A stretch of 64,000 nucleotides of DNA from Candidatus Aenigmatarchaeota archaeon (GCA_018920185.1 JAHLMT010000001.1:78702-142701); one strand, 5' to 3'. Positions 38,036 to 48,915 are shown, counted from the first letter of the stretch. Notes: generated by a model from the letters alone, not told the origin. Numbers and translations are program-made.

Positions 38036-38228
38036 TCTGGTAAATTCTTTACCACAACAAGAACATTCAGGCGTAATATCATCTCTTGGCTCATTTGATT
38101 TTTTATTTGACTATTATCTACTCAATCTTTATAAACCTTAATTTATAAATCTTTTGCATGAGTGGTTTACGGATCGCTTAAGTTATTTACTTTCTCACTC
38201 CTAATTCTAAAAATCAACTAGTGATTAT

Positions 38229-41222
38229 ATGATAAAAGAAGTTAAAGGTAATTACAATCCAAAGGAGCTCGAGCAAAGAATTATAGAATGGTGGGAATCG
38301 AATAAAATTCCAAATAAATTAACAAAATTGGATCCCAAGAAAAAGAAATTCTATCTTCTAGACGGGCCACCATATGTTAACAACATTCCTCATGTAGGTC
38401 ATATTAAAACAACTACATGCAAAGATATATGGTCTAAGTTCAAACTTATGCAAGGTTTCAGCTCATGGTTTCAACCAGGATTCGATACACATGGTTTACC
38501 AATAGAAAATATGGTAGAAAAAACACTAGGAATAACATCAAAGAAAGATATCGAAAAAATGGGTATTGATAAATTTATTGAGGCATGTAAAAAGTTTGCT
38601 ACTGGCAATGAAAAAATCTGGTTAGAGCTTTATAAAAAGTTGGGTGCATGGAGAGGATATGTAGAACCTTACATTACTTACCAGAATTATTACATTGAAT
38701 CAGGTTGGTGGACTGTTAAAAAACTTGCAGAAAAGGGGATGTTAGTCGAAGGAGAGAAGTCAACTTTCTGGTGCTCACATTGTCAAACAGCTTTGGCAGG
38801 TTATGAAGTTTCCGATAGTTACGCAGATGTAAAGGATCCTTACATATATGTGAAATTTCCAGTAAAAGGTAGAAAGAATGAGTATATAATTGCATTCACA
38901 ACTACACCATGGACCTTGATAAGTAATGTTGCTCTGGCCGTGCATCCTGAAGAATATTATGTAAGAGTGAAAGTTGGAAATGAAGTCTATATATTAGCTG
39001 AAAAAAGAGTGGAGCCTGTACTAAAAGATTTACTTAAAATCAAGTACGAAATCCTAGAAAAGTTTTTAGGAAAGGAGCTAGATGGTTTACAATATTTACC
39101 AATTTTAAAAGTACCTACTCAGGAAAAATTAACCAAAACCAATGCTCACAGAGTGATACTATCAATTCCTGTATTAAAATCTAAATCATACAAACATGGT
39201 TTATTAGAAAACATTAAAGAACTTAAAAAAGGGGAATTCTTCGATTTTGTTACAGTAGAGGAAGGTAGTGGAGTAGTACACACAGCTCCTGGCCACGGTC
39301 CCGAGGATCACTATATCGGAGAACATTACAAACTACCTATGGTTTCACCTATTGATGATGAAGGTAAATTTACAGAGGAGGCTGGTGAATTTAAAGGAAT
39401 ATTTGTTAAAGATGCTGATAAGCTTATAATAGAACGACTTCAGAAAAATAATTTACTTTTGCATTTCGGCTGGATAACACACTCCTACCCTTTATGCTGG
39501 AGATGTAAAACACCTCTGATTTACAGATTAAGTAAACAATGGTTCTTTACCATAGACTTGATTAAAGAACAGATGATAAAAGAAAACAAGAAAGTTAACT
39601 GGTTACCAAGTTTTGGTAAAGAGAGATTTCATAACTGGTTAGACGAGGCTGTTGATTGGTGCGTATCAAGACAAAGATATTGGGGAATTCCTTTACCAAT
39701 ATGGATCTGCAATAATTGTAGCAAAAAAGAAATAATTGGAAGTGTGGAAGAGTTGAAAACAAAATCGGCAACAAAATTACCGAAAGAAATAGATTTGCAC
39801 AAACATGTTGTTGATAAAATAGAGTTAATATGTGATAACTGTCACTCAAGAATGACCAGAGTACCAGATGTATTAGATGTCTGGTTTGATTCGGGTATAT
39901 CCACATGGGCATCTCTCGGATATCCTTATCGAAATAAAGAGATTTTTGAAAAATTATGGCCGGCTGATATGGTTTGTGAATCACAAGATCAGATAAGAGG
40001 ATGGTTTTATAGTTTGATGTTTTGTGGCGTGGCAACTTTCGGTTCCGCTCCTTATAATGGAGTTTCTTTAATGGGTTGGGTTGTAGATGAAAAAGGAGAA
40101 AAGATGAGCAAGTCTTTGGGTAATGTTATCTGGGCTGAGGATGCGTTAGAGAAATTAGGTGCGGACATACTTAGACTTTATTATTGTTGGGAAGTTGCGC
40201 CTTGGGAGGTTCAAAACTTTAGCTTCAAAACAGCAGAAGAAATTAGAAAAGCTTTGAACATTTTATGGAATTCTTATTCATTTTTTACAACATATGTTAC
40301 TCAAGATTTCAAACCGACTTTTAGAAATTTAAAAATAGAAGACAAATGGATACAATCGAAGCTACATTCCTTGATTAAGGATGTAACAAACTATTTAGAA
40401 AATTTTGAATTTCATAATGCTGGAAGAAAAATTATAGATTTTGTAGTTAATGATCTAAGCAGAACATATATTAAGTTAATTCGCGACAGAGTTTGGGTAA
40501 GTGAAACGGGCGAAAACAAACTTGCTGCATTATCCATGTTATACCAATGCTTGTTAACTGTATCAAAATTACTTGCTCCAATAACACCATTTTTATCAGA
40601 AGAAATTTATCAAAATTTAGAAGGTAAAGAAAAATCTGTTTTCATGACACAATGGCCTAATGTAAATGAAAAATTGATTGATAAAGAACTCGAACAACAG
40701 ATGGAAATAGCAAAAGAAATAATTGAAGCAAGCTTAGCCGCGAGACAATTGGCTGGAATTAAATTAAGGTGGCCTGTATCAGAAATTCTTGTTCAAACTG
40801 ACAATGAAAATGTTATAAAAGTTTTAGACAAATTAGACAGTATTTTACTATTTATGTGTAATGCTAAATCAATAGGCGTTGATAAAAATCCCTCAGGTAA
40901 AGAATTTTCCGAAGTTCAATTCAAGTACGGAAAAGTTTATGTTAATAGAACTCTTGATAAAGAATTATTAGAAGAAGCTTTAATCAAAGAACTAATACGA
41001 GAAGTTCAGAATCTAAGAAAGCAAAATAAGTTCAATGTAAAAGAAAAGATTATACTATCTATAAAAACAGAAAAGGAGATAGAAAAGACAGTAGAAAAAT
41101 ACACAGATACTATAAAGAAAGAAGTAGGTGCAACGAAAATTGTGTTTGGTGAACAAGGCAATTATAAAGGAAAATTAAATTTTGAAGATAGGATAATCGA
41201 ACTAAGCTTTGATAGAGTTTGA
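38229..41222 (+). CDS. ileS: isoleucyl-tRNA synthetase
   Basis: HIGH-type PPYVNNIPHVGH, WCVSRQRYWGIPLPIW (Ile/Val-type), KMSKSLGN, and the Zn motifs CNNC...CDNC. The length is 997 aa. Confidence 0.78.
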   Translation: MIKEVKGNYNPKELEQRIIEWWESNKIPNKLTKLDPKKKKFYLLDGPPYVNNIPHVGHIKTTTCKDIWSKFKLMQGFSSWFQPGFDTHGLPIENMVEKTLGITSKKDIEKMGIDKFIEACKKFATGNEKIWLELYKKLGAWRGYVEPYITYQNYYIESGWWTVKKLAEKGMLVEGEKSTFWCSHCQTALAGYEVSDSYADVKDPYIYVKFPVKGRKNEYIIAFTTTPWTLISNVALAVHPEEYYVRVKVGNEVYILAEKRVEPVLKDLLKIKYEILEKFLGKELDGLQYLPILKVPTQEKLTKTNAHRVILSIPVLKSKSYKHGLLENIKELKKGEFFDFVTVEEGSGVVHTAPGHGPEDHYIGEHYKLPMVSPIDDEGKFTEEAGEFKGIFVKDADKLIIERLQKNNLLLHFGWITHSYPLCWRCKTPLIYRLSKQWFFTIDLIKEQMIKENKKVNWLPSFGKERFHNWLDEAVDWCVSRQRYWGIPLPIWICNNCSKKEIIGSVEELKTKSATKLPKEIDLHKHVVDKIELICDNCHSRMTRVPDVLDVWFDSGISTWASLGYPYRNKEIFEKLWPADMVCESQDQIRGWFYSLMFCGVATFGSAPYNGVSLMGWVVDEKGEKMSKSLGNVIWAEDALEKLGADILRLYYCWEVAPWEVQNFSFKTAEEIRKALNILWNSYSFFTTYVTQDFKPTFRNLKIEDKWIQSKLHSLIKDVTNYLENFEFHNAGRKIIDFVVNDLSRTYIKLIRDRVWVSETGENKLAALSMLYQCLLTVSKLLAPITPFLSEEIYQNLEGKEKSVFMTQWPNVNEKLIDKELEQQMEIAKEIIEASLAARQLAGIKLRWPVSEILVQTDNENVIKVLDKLDSILLFMCNAKSIGVDKNPSGKEFSEVQFKYGKVYVNRTLDKELLEEALIKELIREVQNLRKQNKFNVKEKIILSIKTEKEIEKTVEKYTDTIKKEVGATKIVFGEQGNYKGKLNFEDRIIELSFDRV

Positions 41223-41967
41223 TGTAATGAGATTTCTTATTTTTCAGCATGTACCACATGAGCATCTAGGAAGAATATCAACTTATTGTGAAAAAGAAAA
41301 TATTGATTTAGAAATAGTCGAACTTTGGAAATCACATAAAATCCCTAATGTAACAGATTTTGATGGACTAATAATTATGGGCGGACCAATGTCAGTATAC
41401 GATGAAGAAAGTTCTTATCCTACTAAGCTACATGAATTAAGTACAATAAGATTAGCTATCAGAAACAAAATTCCTATTCTAGGTTTCTGCTTAGGTAGTC
41501 AATTACTTGCTAATGCTTTAGGCGCGAGTGTATATCCAAATGTGATTAACGGCCAGAGGGTAAAAGAAATAGGATTCTTTCAAGTTGAATTAACAGAAGA
41601 AGGTCGAAAAGATCCATTATTCTCTGGTTTATCGTCACCATTAATAGTTCTCCAATGGCATGGAGATGCATTTGATATACCAAACAAAGCTATAAAACTT
41701 GCTACTGCTCCATTATGTCCAAATCAAGCTTTTAGATATGATACAGCTTACGGTTTGTTATTTCACTTGGAATTTACACAAGAAATGGTAAAAAACCAAT
41801 TAGAAATTGACAGAGTGTGGATACATAAAGACAATGAATTAGACGAAGATGAGATATTGAAGCAAGCATTAGAAAATGATACTTTAATGGAAAAACAATG
41901 TCAAAGACTGTTCTATAATTTTCTTAAATTAATTAATTCAAGGATTCGAGAAGATGAAATTATCTAA
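41209..41967 (+). CDS. class I glutamine amidotransferase-like protein
   Basis: Catalytic Cys in ILGFCLGSQLLA, His in LQWHGDAF. It overlaps the ileS end. Confidence 0.75.
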   Translation: MIEFDVMRFLIFQHVPHEHLGRISTYCEKENIDLEIVELWKSHKIPNVTDFDGLIIMGGPMSVYDEESSYPTKLHELSTIRLAIRNKIPILGFCLGSQLLANALGASVYPNVINGQRVKEIGFFQVELTEEGRKDPLFSGLSSPLIVLQWHGDAFDIPNKAIKLATAPLCPNQAFRYDTAYGLLFHLEFTQEMVKNQLEIDRVWIHKDNELDEDEILKQALENDTLMEKQCQRLFYNFLKLINSRIREDEII

Positions 41968-42355
41968 GAAATATTTAATTCTTCTCAGTTTAATTTCTTC
42001 TTTAGTTGGCTTAGCTTTAATCTACATAGCAACAATAAACTTAGAACCTAAACAGATAGCTATTAGTGAGATAAGCGCCGACATGGAAGGTAGGAAAATT
42101 AGTACTACAGGTTATTTGGTAAATAAAAAGGAACATAAAGATGGACATTTGTTTCTAACTGTTTCTGATGATAAAGCGGAAATACAAGTTGTATTGTTTT
42201 CAGATTTAATGAAAAGTTTAAGTCAAATTGGGATTACACCTGATAATTTTAAGTTAAATGTCAAAATTGCAGTAAAAGGAATTCTAGAGAATTATAAAGG
42301 TAGATTGGAAATCATTCCTAAAAGCTTGAATGATATAAAAATTCTCGGTGATTGA
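41954..42355 (+). CDS. membrane-anchored OB-fold-like protein, hypothetical
   Basis: An N-terminal TM/signal (LILLSLISSLVGLALIYIA) followed by an OB-like segment, TTGYLVNKKEHKDGHLFLTVSDDKAEIQVVLF. Confidence 0.5.
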   Translation: MKLSKKYLILLSLISSLVGLALIYIATINLEPKQIAISEISADMEGRKISTTGYLVNKKEHKDGHLFLTVSDDKAEIQVVLFSDLMKSLSQIGITPDNFKLNVKIAVKGILENYKGRLEIIPKSLNDIKILGD

Positions 42356-42749
42356 CGCTTAATTCTAAGATAAATTATGAATCAAATACACGAAGAATTA
42401 TCTTTTTTGAATAACTTCATGAATTTTGGAAACATTTGAATTTAACATAGTTCTTTTAGCTAACCAACACTTATTGTGGTCTAATGTTCTACTTTTCTTG
42501 CACTCAGCTGGTAAAGTTCTTAAATTAAAATAAAGAATTTTAATTCCAATACAAACAATAGAACAAGAACAATGGCATAGCTTCCGCTAAAAGTATTGAT
42601 AAATTGTATAAAGATACGAAACCTGTATTCTGAAAAGAGATGAGGAGATTAAGAGAAGTTATTTTAAGACTAGAAAGTAAAGGTAAAATAAAACTTGAAG
42701 AGGTTCAGGGACTAAACCTAATATTTATAGAATTAACAATCAATAATTA

Positions 42750-43994
42750 ATGCTCATCGAAATTTTATTTTTCTCCCTTATAGGTATTGTTGTGGGTATT
42801 CTTCTTGGGTTGCTTCCTGGCTTCCATTTAAATAATTTAGTTCCTCTAGTATTTTTACTATTACCTATTGTCACTTCACCTCATTATTTAGCTGTATTAA
42901 TAGTTTCAATAGCAATAGCACAAGTTTTCACAAGTTTTATTCCGTCGGTATATCTAGGAGCCCCCGACGGTGATAGCAATGCACTATCAATTTTACCAGG
43001 TCATAGACTTCTATTAGAAGGAAGAGGTTATGAAGCTATTCAACTGACAGTTGTCGGAGGATTTGGTGCATTGATATTAAGTATACTTTTTGTTTTATTT
43101 TTTGGAAATTATTTTGTTTCACTCTACAACATTATCCGACCTTACATTGCATATCCACTTATTGCTGTAGTGCTTTTCATGATATTTTCAGAAAAACAGA
43201 TTAAGAAAATCCTCTCAGCAAGTTTAGTTGTAATCCTCTCAGGAATTTTGGGTATACTCGTTCTTAATTCCTCAATAGTTTCGCAACAGAATGTACTATT
43301 TCCTACATTTGCAGGATTATTTTCTATAAGCATACTAATAACTTCAATAACAGAAAAAACAAAAATACCAAAACAGAAAATCGATAAAGAATTGAAAATA
43401 TCTAAGTTCAACATTATAAAATCTATGGTTCTTGGTGTAATTGCAGGAGTTCTTGTGGGATTGTTGCCGGCAGTTGGTGTATCTCAAGCAGCTACATTCA
43501 TGCAATATCTCGGCGGTTTAAACGAAGCCAGAACATTTCTTGTGACTCTTTCAGGCATAAACACAGCCAATGAAGTAATTTCTTTGAACTCACTTTACCT
43601 AATATCAAATCCTCGTTCTGGTGCTTCTGTAGCCATAGAAAGAATCTTATCTGAGATAAGCTTTGACGAAGTTCTGCTTTTTCTAGGCGTGATATTTCTC
43701 ACTTCAGGAATTGTAGTGCCTATTACACTATTTCTTGGTAGAACAATACCAAAATTTCTGGATAAAATAAATTATACAATTCTCTCGATTCTTGTAATAA
43801 TTTTCTTGGAGATTTTGATAGTTCTAATGACTGGGATATACGGTTTGTTAATCGGATTAACAGCTACTGGGATAGGTTTGTTATGTACTTATACAGGAGT
43901 TAGGAGAAGCAACTGTATGGGGATCTTGTTATTACCGAGTATTTTCTTTTTTACAGGGTTAAATCCATTAATTTTAACTTTATTAAACATTTAA
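42750..43994 (+). CDS. TctA-family (DUF112) polytopic membrane protein
   Basis: Duplicated GLLPG motifs (GILLGLLPGFHLNN..., GVLVGLLPAVGVSQAATFMQY) and more than 10 TM helices. Confidence 0.7.
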   Translation: MLIEILFFSLIGIVVGILLGLLPGFHLNNLVPLVFLLLPIVTSPHYLAVLIVSIAIAQVFTSFIPSVYLGAPDGDSNALSILPGHRLLLEGRGYEAIQLTVVGGFGALILSILFVLFFGNYFVSLYNIIRPYIAYPLIAVVLFMIFSEKQIKKILSASLVVILSGILGILVLNSSIVSQQNVLFPTFAGLFSISILITSITEKTKIPKQKIDKELKISKFNIIKSMVLGVIAGVLVGLLPAVGVSQAATFMQYLGGLNEARTFLVTLSGINTANEVISLNSLYLISNPRSGASVAIERILSEISFDEVLLFLGVIFLTSGIVVPITLFLGRTIPKFLDKINYTILSILVIIFLEILIVLMTGIYGLLIGLTATGIGLLCTYTGVRRSNCMGILLLPSIFFFTGLNPLILTLLNI

Positions 43995-43997
43995 AAG

Positions 43998-45779
43998 ATG
44001 GATATGAAAGATATAGATTCAAAAAAACTGAAAGAACTTTATTTAGAATTTTTCAAACAAAAAAATCATGTAGTCATTCCTAATGCTTCACTCATTCCAA
44101 AGGAAGATCCAACAGTTCTATTTACAACCGCTGGTATGCACCCAATTGTGAGATATTTGTTAGGTGAACCTCATCCTCTTGGAAAGAGATTGACAAATGT
44201 GCAGAAATGTCTCCGAACAGACGATATTGATTCAGTTGGTGATGACTCACATCTGACTTTTTTTGAAATGTTGGGAAATTGGTCACTTGGAGACTATTGG
44301 AAAGAGGAAGCAATTAAATGGAGTTGGGAATTTCTAACAGATGAAAAATGGCTCGGTATAGATAAGAACAAAATTTATATATCAGTTTTTGCTGGAGACG
44401 AAGATGCACCAAGAGATGAAGAAAGCGCAAGTATTTGGCGAAGTTTAGGAGTCCCAAGTGAAAGAATTTTCTATTTATCCAAAAAGGATAACTGGTGGGG
44501 TCCTGCCGGGGCTACCGGTCCGTGTGGCCCGGATACCGAGATGTTTTATGACACCGGAAAAGAACCACATGGCGAAGATTGTAGACCAGGAGATTCATGT
44601 GGAAAATATGTTGAGATATGGAATGATGTGTTTATGCAATATAACAAAACTGCAGATGGTAAATATGAATTACTGAAACAGAAGAATGTTGATACAGGAA
44701 TGGGTGTTGAAAGAACAGTCGCCATATTACAGAATAAAAAAAGTGTTTATGAAATTGAAACATTCAAACCAATAGTTGAAAAAATAAAAGAACTTGCGAA
44801 AATAAAATCACCAGATGAAAACCAAGAGAGATCTATAAGAATCATCACCGATCACATTAGAGCATCCACATTTGTTTTATCTGAAGAAATAGTTCCAAGT
44901 AATGTTGATAGGGGATATGTGCTACGCAGATTGATAAGACGTTCTATAAGGCATGGAAAACTGATAGGGATAGAAAAAGAATTCCTCGGTGATTTAGCCG
45001 AAATAGTTATCAACATATACAAAGACAGTTATCCGGAGCTAGAAAAAAAGAAAGAATTTATCCTAACTGAGTTGAAAAAAGAGGAAATAAAATTCAGAAA
45101 TACCCTTGAAAAAGGCTTGAAGAAATTCGAGGAACTTGCAAGACAAGTAAAAATAATTGACGGTAAGAGTGCATTCCTGTTGTTTCAGAGTTTTGGTTTT
45201 CCAATAGAAATGACAAAAGAACTTGCGAAAGAACTGAATATCGCTGTTGATGAAAAGGGGTTTGAGGAAGAATTTAAAAAACATCAACAAATTTCTCGAA
45301 TCGGTGCTGAGAAGAAGTTTAAAGGTGGACTAAGTGATGCTTCTGAACAAACAACAAAATTGCATACAGCAACGCATCTTTTGAATGAAGCAATACGCAG
45401 AGTTTTTAATAGGAAAGACATAGTGCAAAAAGGTTCGAATATCACGCCAGAAAGGTTACGATTTGATTTTAATTTTGAGAGAAAATTAACTGAAGACGAA
45501 ATAAAAGCTATAGAAAATCTTGTTAATGAACAGATTAAAAAAGGATTACCAGTAAGAAGAGAAATTATGACACTAGAGGAGGCTAAAAGATTGGGTGCAC
45601 AAGGTGTTTTTGAACACAAGTATGAAGAAAAGGTTTCTGTTTATATCATAGGCGATTTTTCGATTGAAATATGTGGTGGACCACACGTGAAAAATACAAA
45701 AGAAGTTGGTAGATTTAGAATAATAAAAGAAGAGGGTGTTGCAGCAGGCATAAGAAGAATAAAAGCAATTGTTGAGTAA
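43998..45779 (+). CDS. alaS: alanyl-tRNA synthetase, compact form (593 aa; catalytic + editing, no C-Ala domain)
   Basis: LFTTAGMHPIV, HLTFFEMLGNWSLGDYWK and WWGPAGATGPCGPDTEMFYD in the catalytic core. The editing-domain Zn motifs are HTATH and CGGPH. Confidence 0.85.
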   Translation: MDMKDIDSKKLKELYLEFFKQKNHVVIPNASLIPKEDPTVLFTTAGMHPIVRYLLGEPHPLGKRLTNVQKCLRTDDIDSVGDDSHLTFFEMLGNWSLGDYWKEEAIKWSWEFLTDEKWLGIDKNKIYISVFAGDEDAPRDEESASIWRSLGVPSERIFYLSKKDNWWGPAGATGPCGPDTEMFYDTGKEPHGEDCRPGDSCGKYVEIWNDVFMQYNKTADGKYELLKQKNVDTGMGVERTVAILQNKKSVYEIETFKPIVEKIKELAKIKSPDENQERSIRIITDHIRASTFVLSEEIVPSNVDRGYVLRRLIRRSIRHGKLIGIEKEFLGDLAEIVINIYKDSYPELEKKKEFILTELKKEEIKFRNTLEKGLKKFEELARQVKIIDGKSAFLLFQSFGFPIEMTKELAKELNIAVDEKGFEEEFKKHQQISRIGAEKKFKGGLSDASEQTTKLHTATHLLNEAIRRVFNRKDIVQKGSNITPERLRFDFNFERKLTEDEIKAIENLVNEQIKKGLPVRREIMTLEEAKRLGAQGVFEHKYEEKVSVYIIGDFSIEICGGPHVKNTKEVGRFRIIKEEGVAAGIRRIKAIVE

Positions 45780-45797
45780 TAAGATGGTTTGGATAGA

Positions 45798-46874
45798 TTA
45801 ACTACGGTAGAAAATTAAAAACTCAGATGACAAGTCGTGCTCTAATCTTTTCATGATTTCGGGTGGTAATCTAGCGACATCTGCAACGCCATCCCAATCA
45901 ACAAAACTACTTCTCACCCTCACTCCACTATCACCTGTTACTCTGTTCGGTATAAAAAGATCGGGTCCTATTCTGTGTGTAACGATTATACCTCTTTCAC
46001 CTTCTTTGACTTGTTCATTTATATTATCCTCTTTTCTGATTTCTATCACAACATAAGGAACAAAAGGAAAATAAGTTAAATCATCTCCATCACGTTCTTC
46101 TGTAATTTGCATCGAAGCCCCATTCATATAATCTCCGTACCACCCTCCAAATTTTCTATTCTTATAAATGTTATGTTTAAACATTCTTAACATATCCCGG
46201 GTCATACCAACACCACCAAACAATATAGCCTGTAAATACAGCGATTGTGACTCGTTAAGTCTCTCGCCGGTCATTAGAAGTAATGGAGCTATATCTTCAT
46301 ATACACCTACTTGATTATTTTGAAAATGTTCGATAAGTCTATCAACAATAGGTGAAAAAAACTTTATCATATCTTCTCTATTTTTACTAGACGCTATTTG
46401 TTTTGCAGTTCTAGCATCAACTTCTACACCATGGAACTTTCCACCAAACCTCGAAGCCAATTCATTCAAAAACATTTTTAATACATCATTATCAGTGACG
46501 GTACCTAACCAGTATTGGTTTTTTGGGAATCCCCTTATGGATAAAGCCCACGCTGAAAAATTTGCCATTTGTTTAACAATATCCTCACCCCAATAAACAG
46601 TTTTAGGGTTCCCTGTAGTTCCTGAAGAGGTACTTCTCACCAGTACACCTCTGTAGTTGCGTGGAATTAGTTCACATGGGTCCAAATTACGTAAAAAGTC
46701 ATCAGTAACATATGGTAGTCTTCTTAAATCTCTTAACGAAGTTATACTATTGGGGTTTAAGCCAGTCTTTTCTGTGTATCTTGACCAAAATGGTGTTTGC
46801 TCAAAATGAGCTTTAACTATTCTTCCTACATGCTCGTCTAAATCAATACTTTCATTAAAATACGGTACTAACAT
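45798..46874 (-). CDS. PaaK/coenzyme F390 synthetase-family adenylate-forming enzyme (divergent member)
   Basis: AMP-binding P-loop TSSGTTGNPKTVYW and 358 aa. It is divergent from the transglutaminase-PaaK-V4R genes. Confidence 0.65.
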   Translation of the reverse strand: MLVPYFNESIDLDEHVGRIVKAHFEQTPFWSRYTEKTGLNPNSITSLRDLRRLPYVTDDFLRNLDPCELIPRNYRGVLVRSTSSGTTGNPKTVYWGEDIVKQMANFSAWALSIRGFPKNQYWLGTVTDNDVLKMFLNELASRFGGKFHGVEVDARTAKQIASSKNREDMIKFFSPIVDRLIEHFQNNQVGVYEDIAPLLLMTGERLNESQSLYLQAILFGGVGMTRDMLRMFKHNIYKNRKFGGWYGDYMNGASMQITEERDGDDLTYFPFVPYVVIEIRKEDNINEQVKEGERGIIVTHRIGPDLFIPNRVTGDSGVRVRSSFVDWDGVADVARLPPEIMKRLEHDLSSEFLIFYRS

Positions 46875-46912
46875 CTTTACTATTTTTAAAATTTAAATAT
46901 AAAAATAAATAT

Positions 46913-47503
46913 ATGAGCCCGGCAGAAAATATGTCAGAATACTTAAAGCCTTCTACTTATTGTAAGTCCGATGATCCTGAAATAAAGCAACTTGCTTTAA
47001 AGATAACCAGAAATAAAAAAAACGATAAAGAAAAGGCAAAAGCTCTTTTTGAATGGGTAAGAGATAAAATAGAATACAGAATAACAAAAATCGTTGGTGC
47101 AAAAAAAATTTTAAAAAGAAATCCAAAATATGGTTCATCTTTCGATAAAACAAATTTGTTAATAGCCTTATGTAGGTCAATAGGTATACCAGCTCGTTAC
47201 GTTTTACTAAATTGTGATATAAAAGTTAAAAAGCCAAATGTACCAACAAGAGCTTTACATTATGTAGCAGAAATATTTGTTAATAATCGATGGGTTATTG
47301 CTGATCCCACATTTTCCAAATCAATTTCTTCCGTTGTGGACATCAGCGAATGGGGGAAACCTACTTGGAGCAGAGTTTATAAAATTGAAAAAACCGCTAG
47401 TCTTTCAAAATTTAAAATAATGTTAATGAACTTTATTATGCCTTTTATTCCATCAGTAAAGAAAATATATAAAGCAATTGAAGAATCGCGGGTGAGCCGA
47501 TGA
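46913..47503 (+). CDS. transglutaminase-like cysteine protease superfamily protein
   Basis: A Cys-His-Asp core: NLLIALCRSIGIPARYV, HYVAEIF, WVIADPT. Confidence 0.75.
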   Translation: MSPAENMSEYLKPSTYCKSDDPEIKQLALKITRNKKNDKEKAKALFEWVRDKIEYRITKIVGAKKILKRNPKYGSSFDKTNLLIALCRSIGIPARYVLLNCDIKVKKPNVPTRALHYVAEIFVNNRWVIADPTFSKSISSVVDISEWGKPTWSRVYKIEKTASLSKFKIMLMNFIMPFIPSVKKIYKAIEESRVSR

Positions 47504-48894
47504 AAAAATATTGGAATCCTGAAATAGAAACTGATAGAGAGACGTTGAATAGAATAATTAAAAGAAGATTATCGTATACTGTTAGATACGCTTATAATTT
47601 TTCACCTTTTTATAGAGAATTGTTCGATAAACTCGGGGTAAAACCTGAAGACATCAGAGAACCCAAAGACTTATTAGAAAAGTTACCTATCATAACTCGT
47701 GAAGATATAATTAATGCTCAACCACCCCTTTCAAATTCTTTCAAATTTTTTTCTGCACCACCCGGGTACGGGTTTACACGACCTTATACATCGGGCACCT
47801 CCGGCTCCCCTAAGATAACAAGACGAACTTTTGATGATTGGGACTCTTCTAGAGAACGTTGCGCACGTGGTTATACTATGGTTGGAATTCTCCCAACTGA
47901 TGTTGTTTTAGATATGTTACCATTTGGTATAAATGTTTCTGGACTCGCATCTTTATTTGGATTCTACCGAACTGTAGGAGCTGAGGTAATTACACTAGGT
48001 GTTTCATTGTACCCCAAAAAAACTGATATATTTTCAATACATAGACCTACTGTTATCTTTGGTATGGCATCCTATGTTGATAGACTTGCGAGAGAATTAA
48101 AGTTAGGTGGTTTAGATACAGAGAAATTAGGTATTAGAACAATTCTAGTTGTAGGAGAACCCTCTACTAAAGAAAAAAGAGATAGAATTTCTGAAGCTTT
48201 TGGTGGAGCTAAGGTTTATGATTGGTATGCGAGTGATGAAGGTGATGTAATGGCCGTGCAATGTAAACCTAATATCGGCAGCGGTAATGAGAACGATTTG
48301 GGAATGCATGTAAACGAAGACAGAATTTTAATGTTTGTAATAAATAAGAAAACTCGATCAGAAGAGGCAAAAGGTAACGTTGGGATAGACGTTATAACAA
48401 CGCTACTCGATGAAGGAGAATATAGTGGTATGGTCTTATTAAACTACTCACACGGTGATCAATTTGCTATTATATCAACTGATACGTGTGAATATTGTGG
48501 AAGATGTTTGAAAAGAATTTCTCATCCTACACGAGAAAGAGATGAAATACTGATTGGACCAGCAAAGTTACCCTTATCAGATGTTGAAGCTGCTATTAAT
48601 TCATCTGAAAGCAGAAAATATTTAACAGGGGAATACGAAATTGTCTACCATTTCGATGAAATAGATAGGTTATATAAAGTAACAATTAGAGTAGATACTC
48701 TAGGAAGCGTAGAACATAATTTTAAACAAAGAATAGCTAATCAAATAAGGGATAAAATTTTCGCGGCAAATTATCCAATTTCAGTAGTTACACAACAATC
48801 TCAGATAGGTGAACTAAATATAGAAGTAGTTGATGAGGGTTCGTTAGAAGTTTATAAATCTCCAGGTAAACCGAGGAGAATTATTAAGGTATAA
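47500..48894 (+). CDS. phenylacetate-CoA ligase (PaaK)-family adenylate-forming enzyme
   Basis: N-terminal KKYWNPEIET, the P-loop YTSGTSGSPKIT, and the C-terminal CEYCGRCLKRISH region typical of PaaK/F390 synthetases. It has an ATGA overlap with the upstream gene. Confidence 0.85.
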   Translation: MKKYWNPEIETDRETLNRIIKRRLSYTVRYAYNFSPFYRELFDKLGVKPEDIREPKDLLEKLPIITREDIINAQPPLSNSFKFFSAPPGYGFTRPYTSGTSGSPKITRRTFDDWDSSRERCARGYTMVGILPTDVVLDMLPFGINVSGLASLFGFYRTVGAEVITLGVSLYPKKTDIFSIHRPTVIFGMASYVDRLARELKLGGLDTEKLGIRTILVVGEPSTKEKRDRISEAFGGAKVYDWYASDEGDVMAVQCKPNIGSGNENDLGMHVNEDRILMFVINKKTRSEEAKGNVGIDVITTLLDEGEYSGMVLLNYSHGDQFAIISTDTCEYCGRCLKRISHPTRERDEILIGPAKLPLSDVEAAINSSESRKYLTGEYEIVYHFDEIDRLYKVTIRVDTLGSVEHNFKQRIANQIRDKIFAANYPISVVTQQSQIGELNIEVVDEGSLEVYKSPGKPRRIIKV

Positions 48895-48915
48895 GATTAA
48901 AAATAATCAATTAGA

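Noticed and set aside
42641-42751. 37 aa ORF (MRRLREVILRLESKGKIKLEEVQGLNLIFIELTINN) abutting the TctA-family gene start
   Set aside because: It is too short and has no motifs. It may be a real small protein but cannot be supported from sequence alone.
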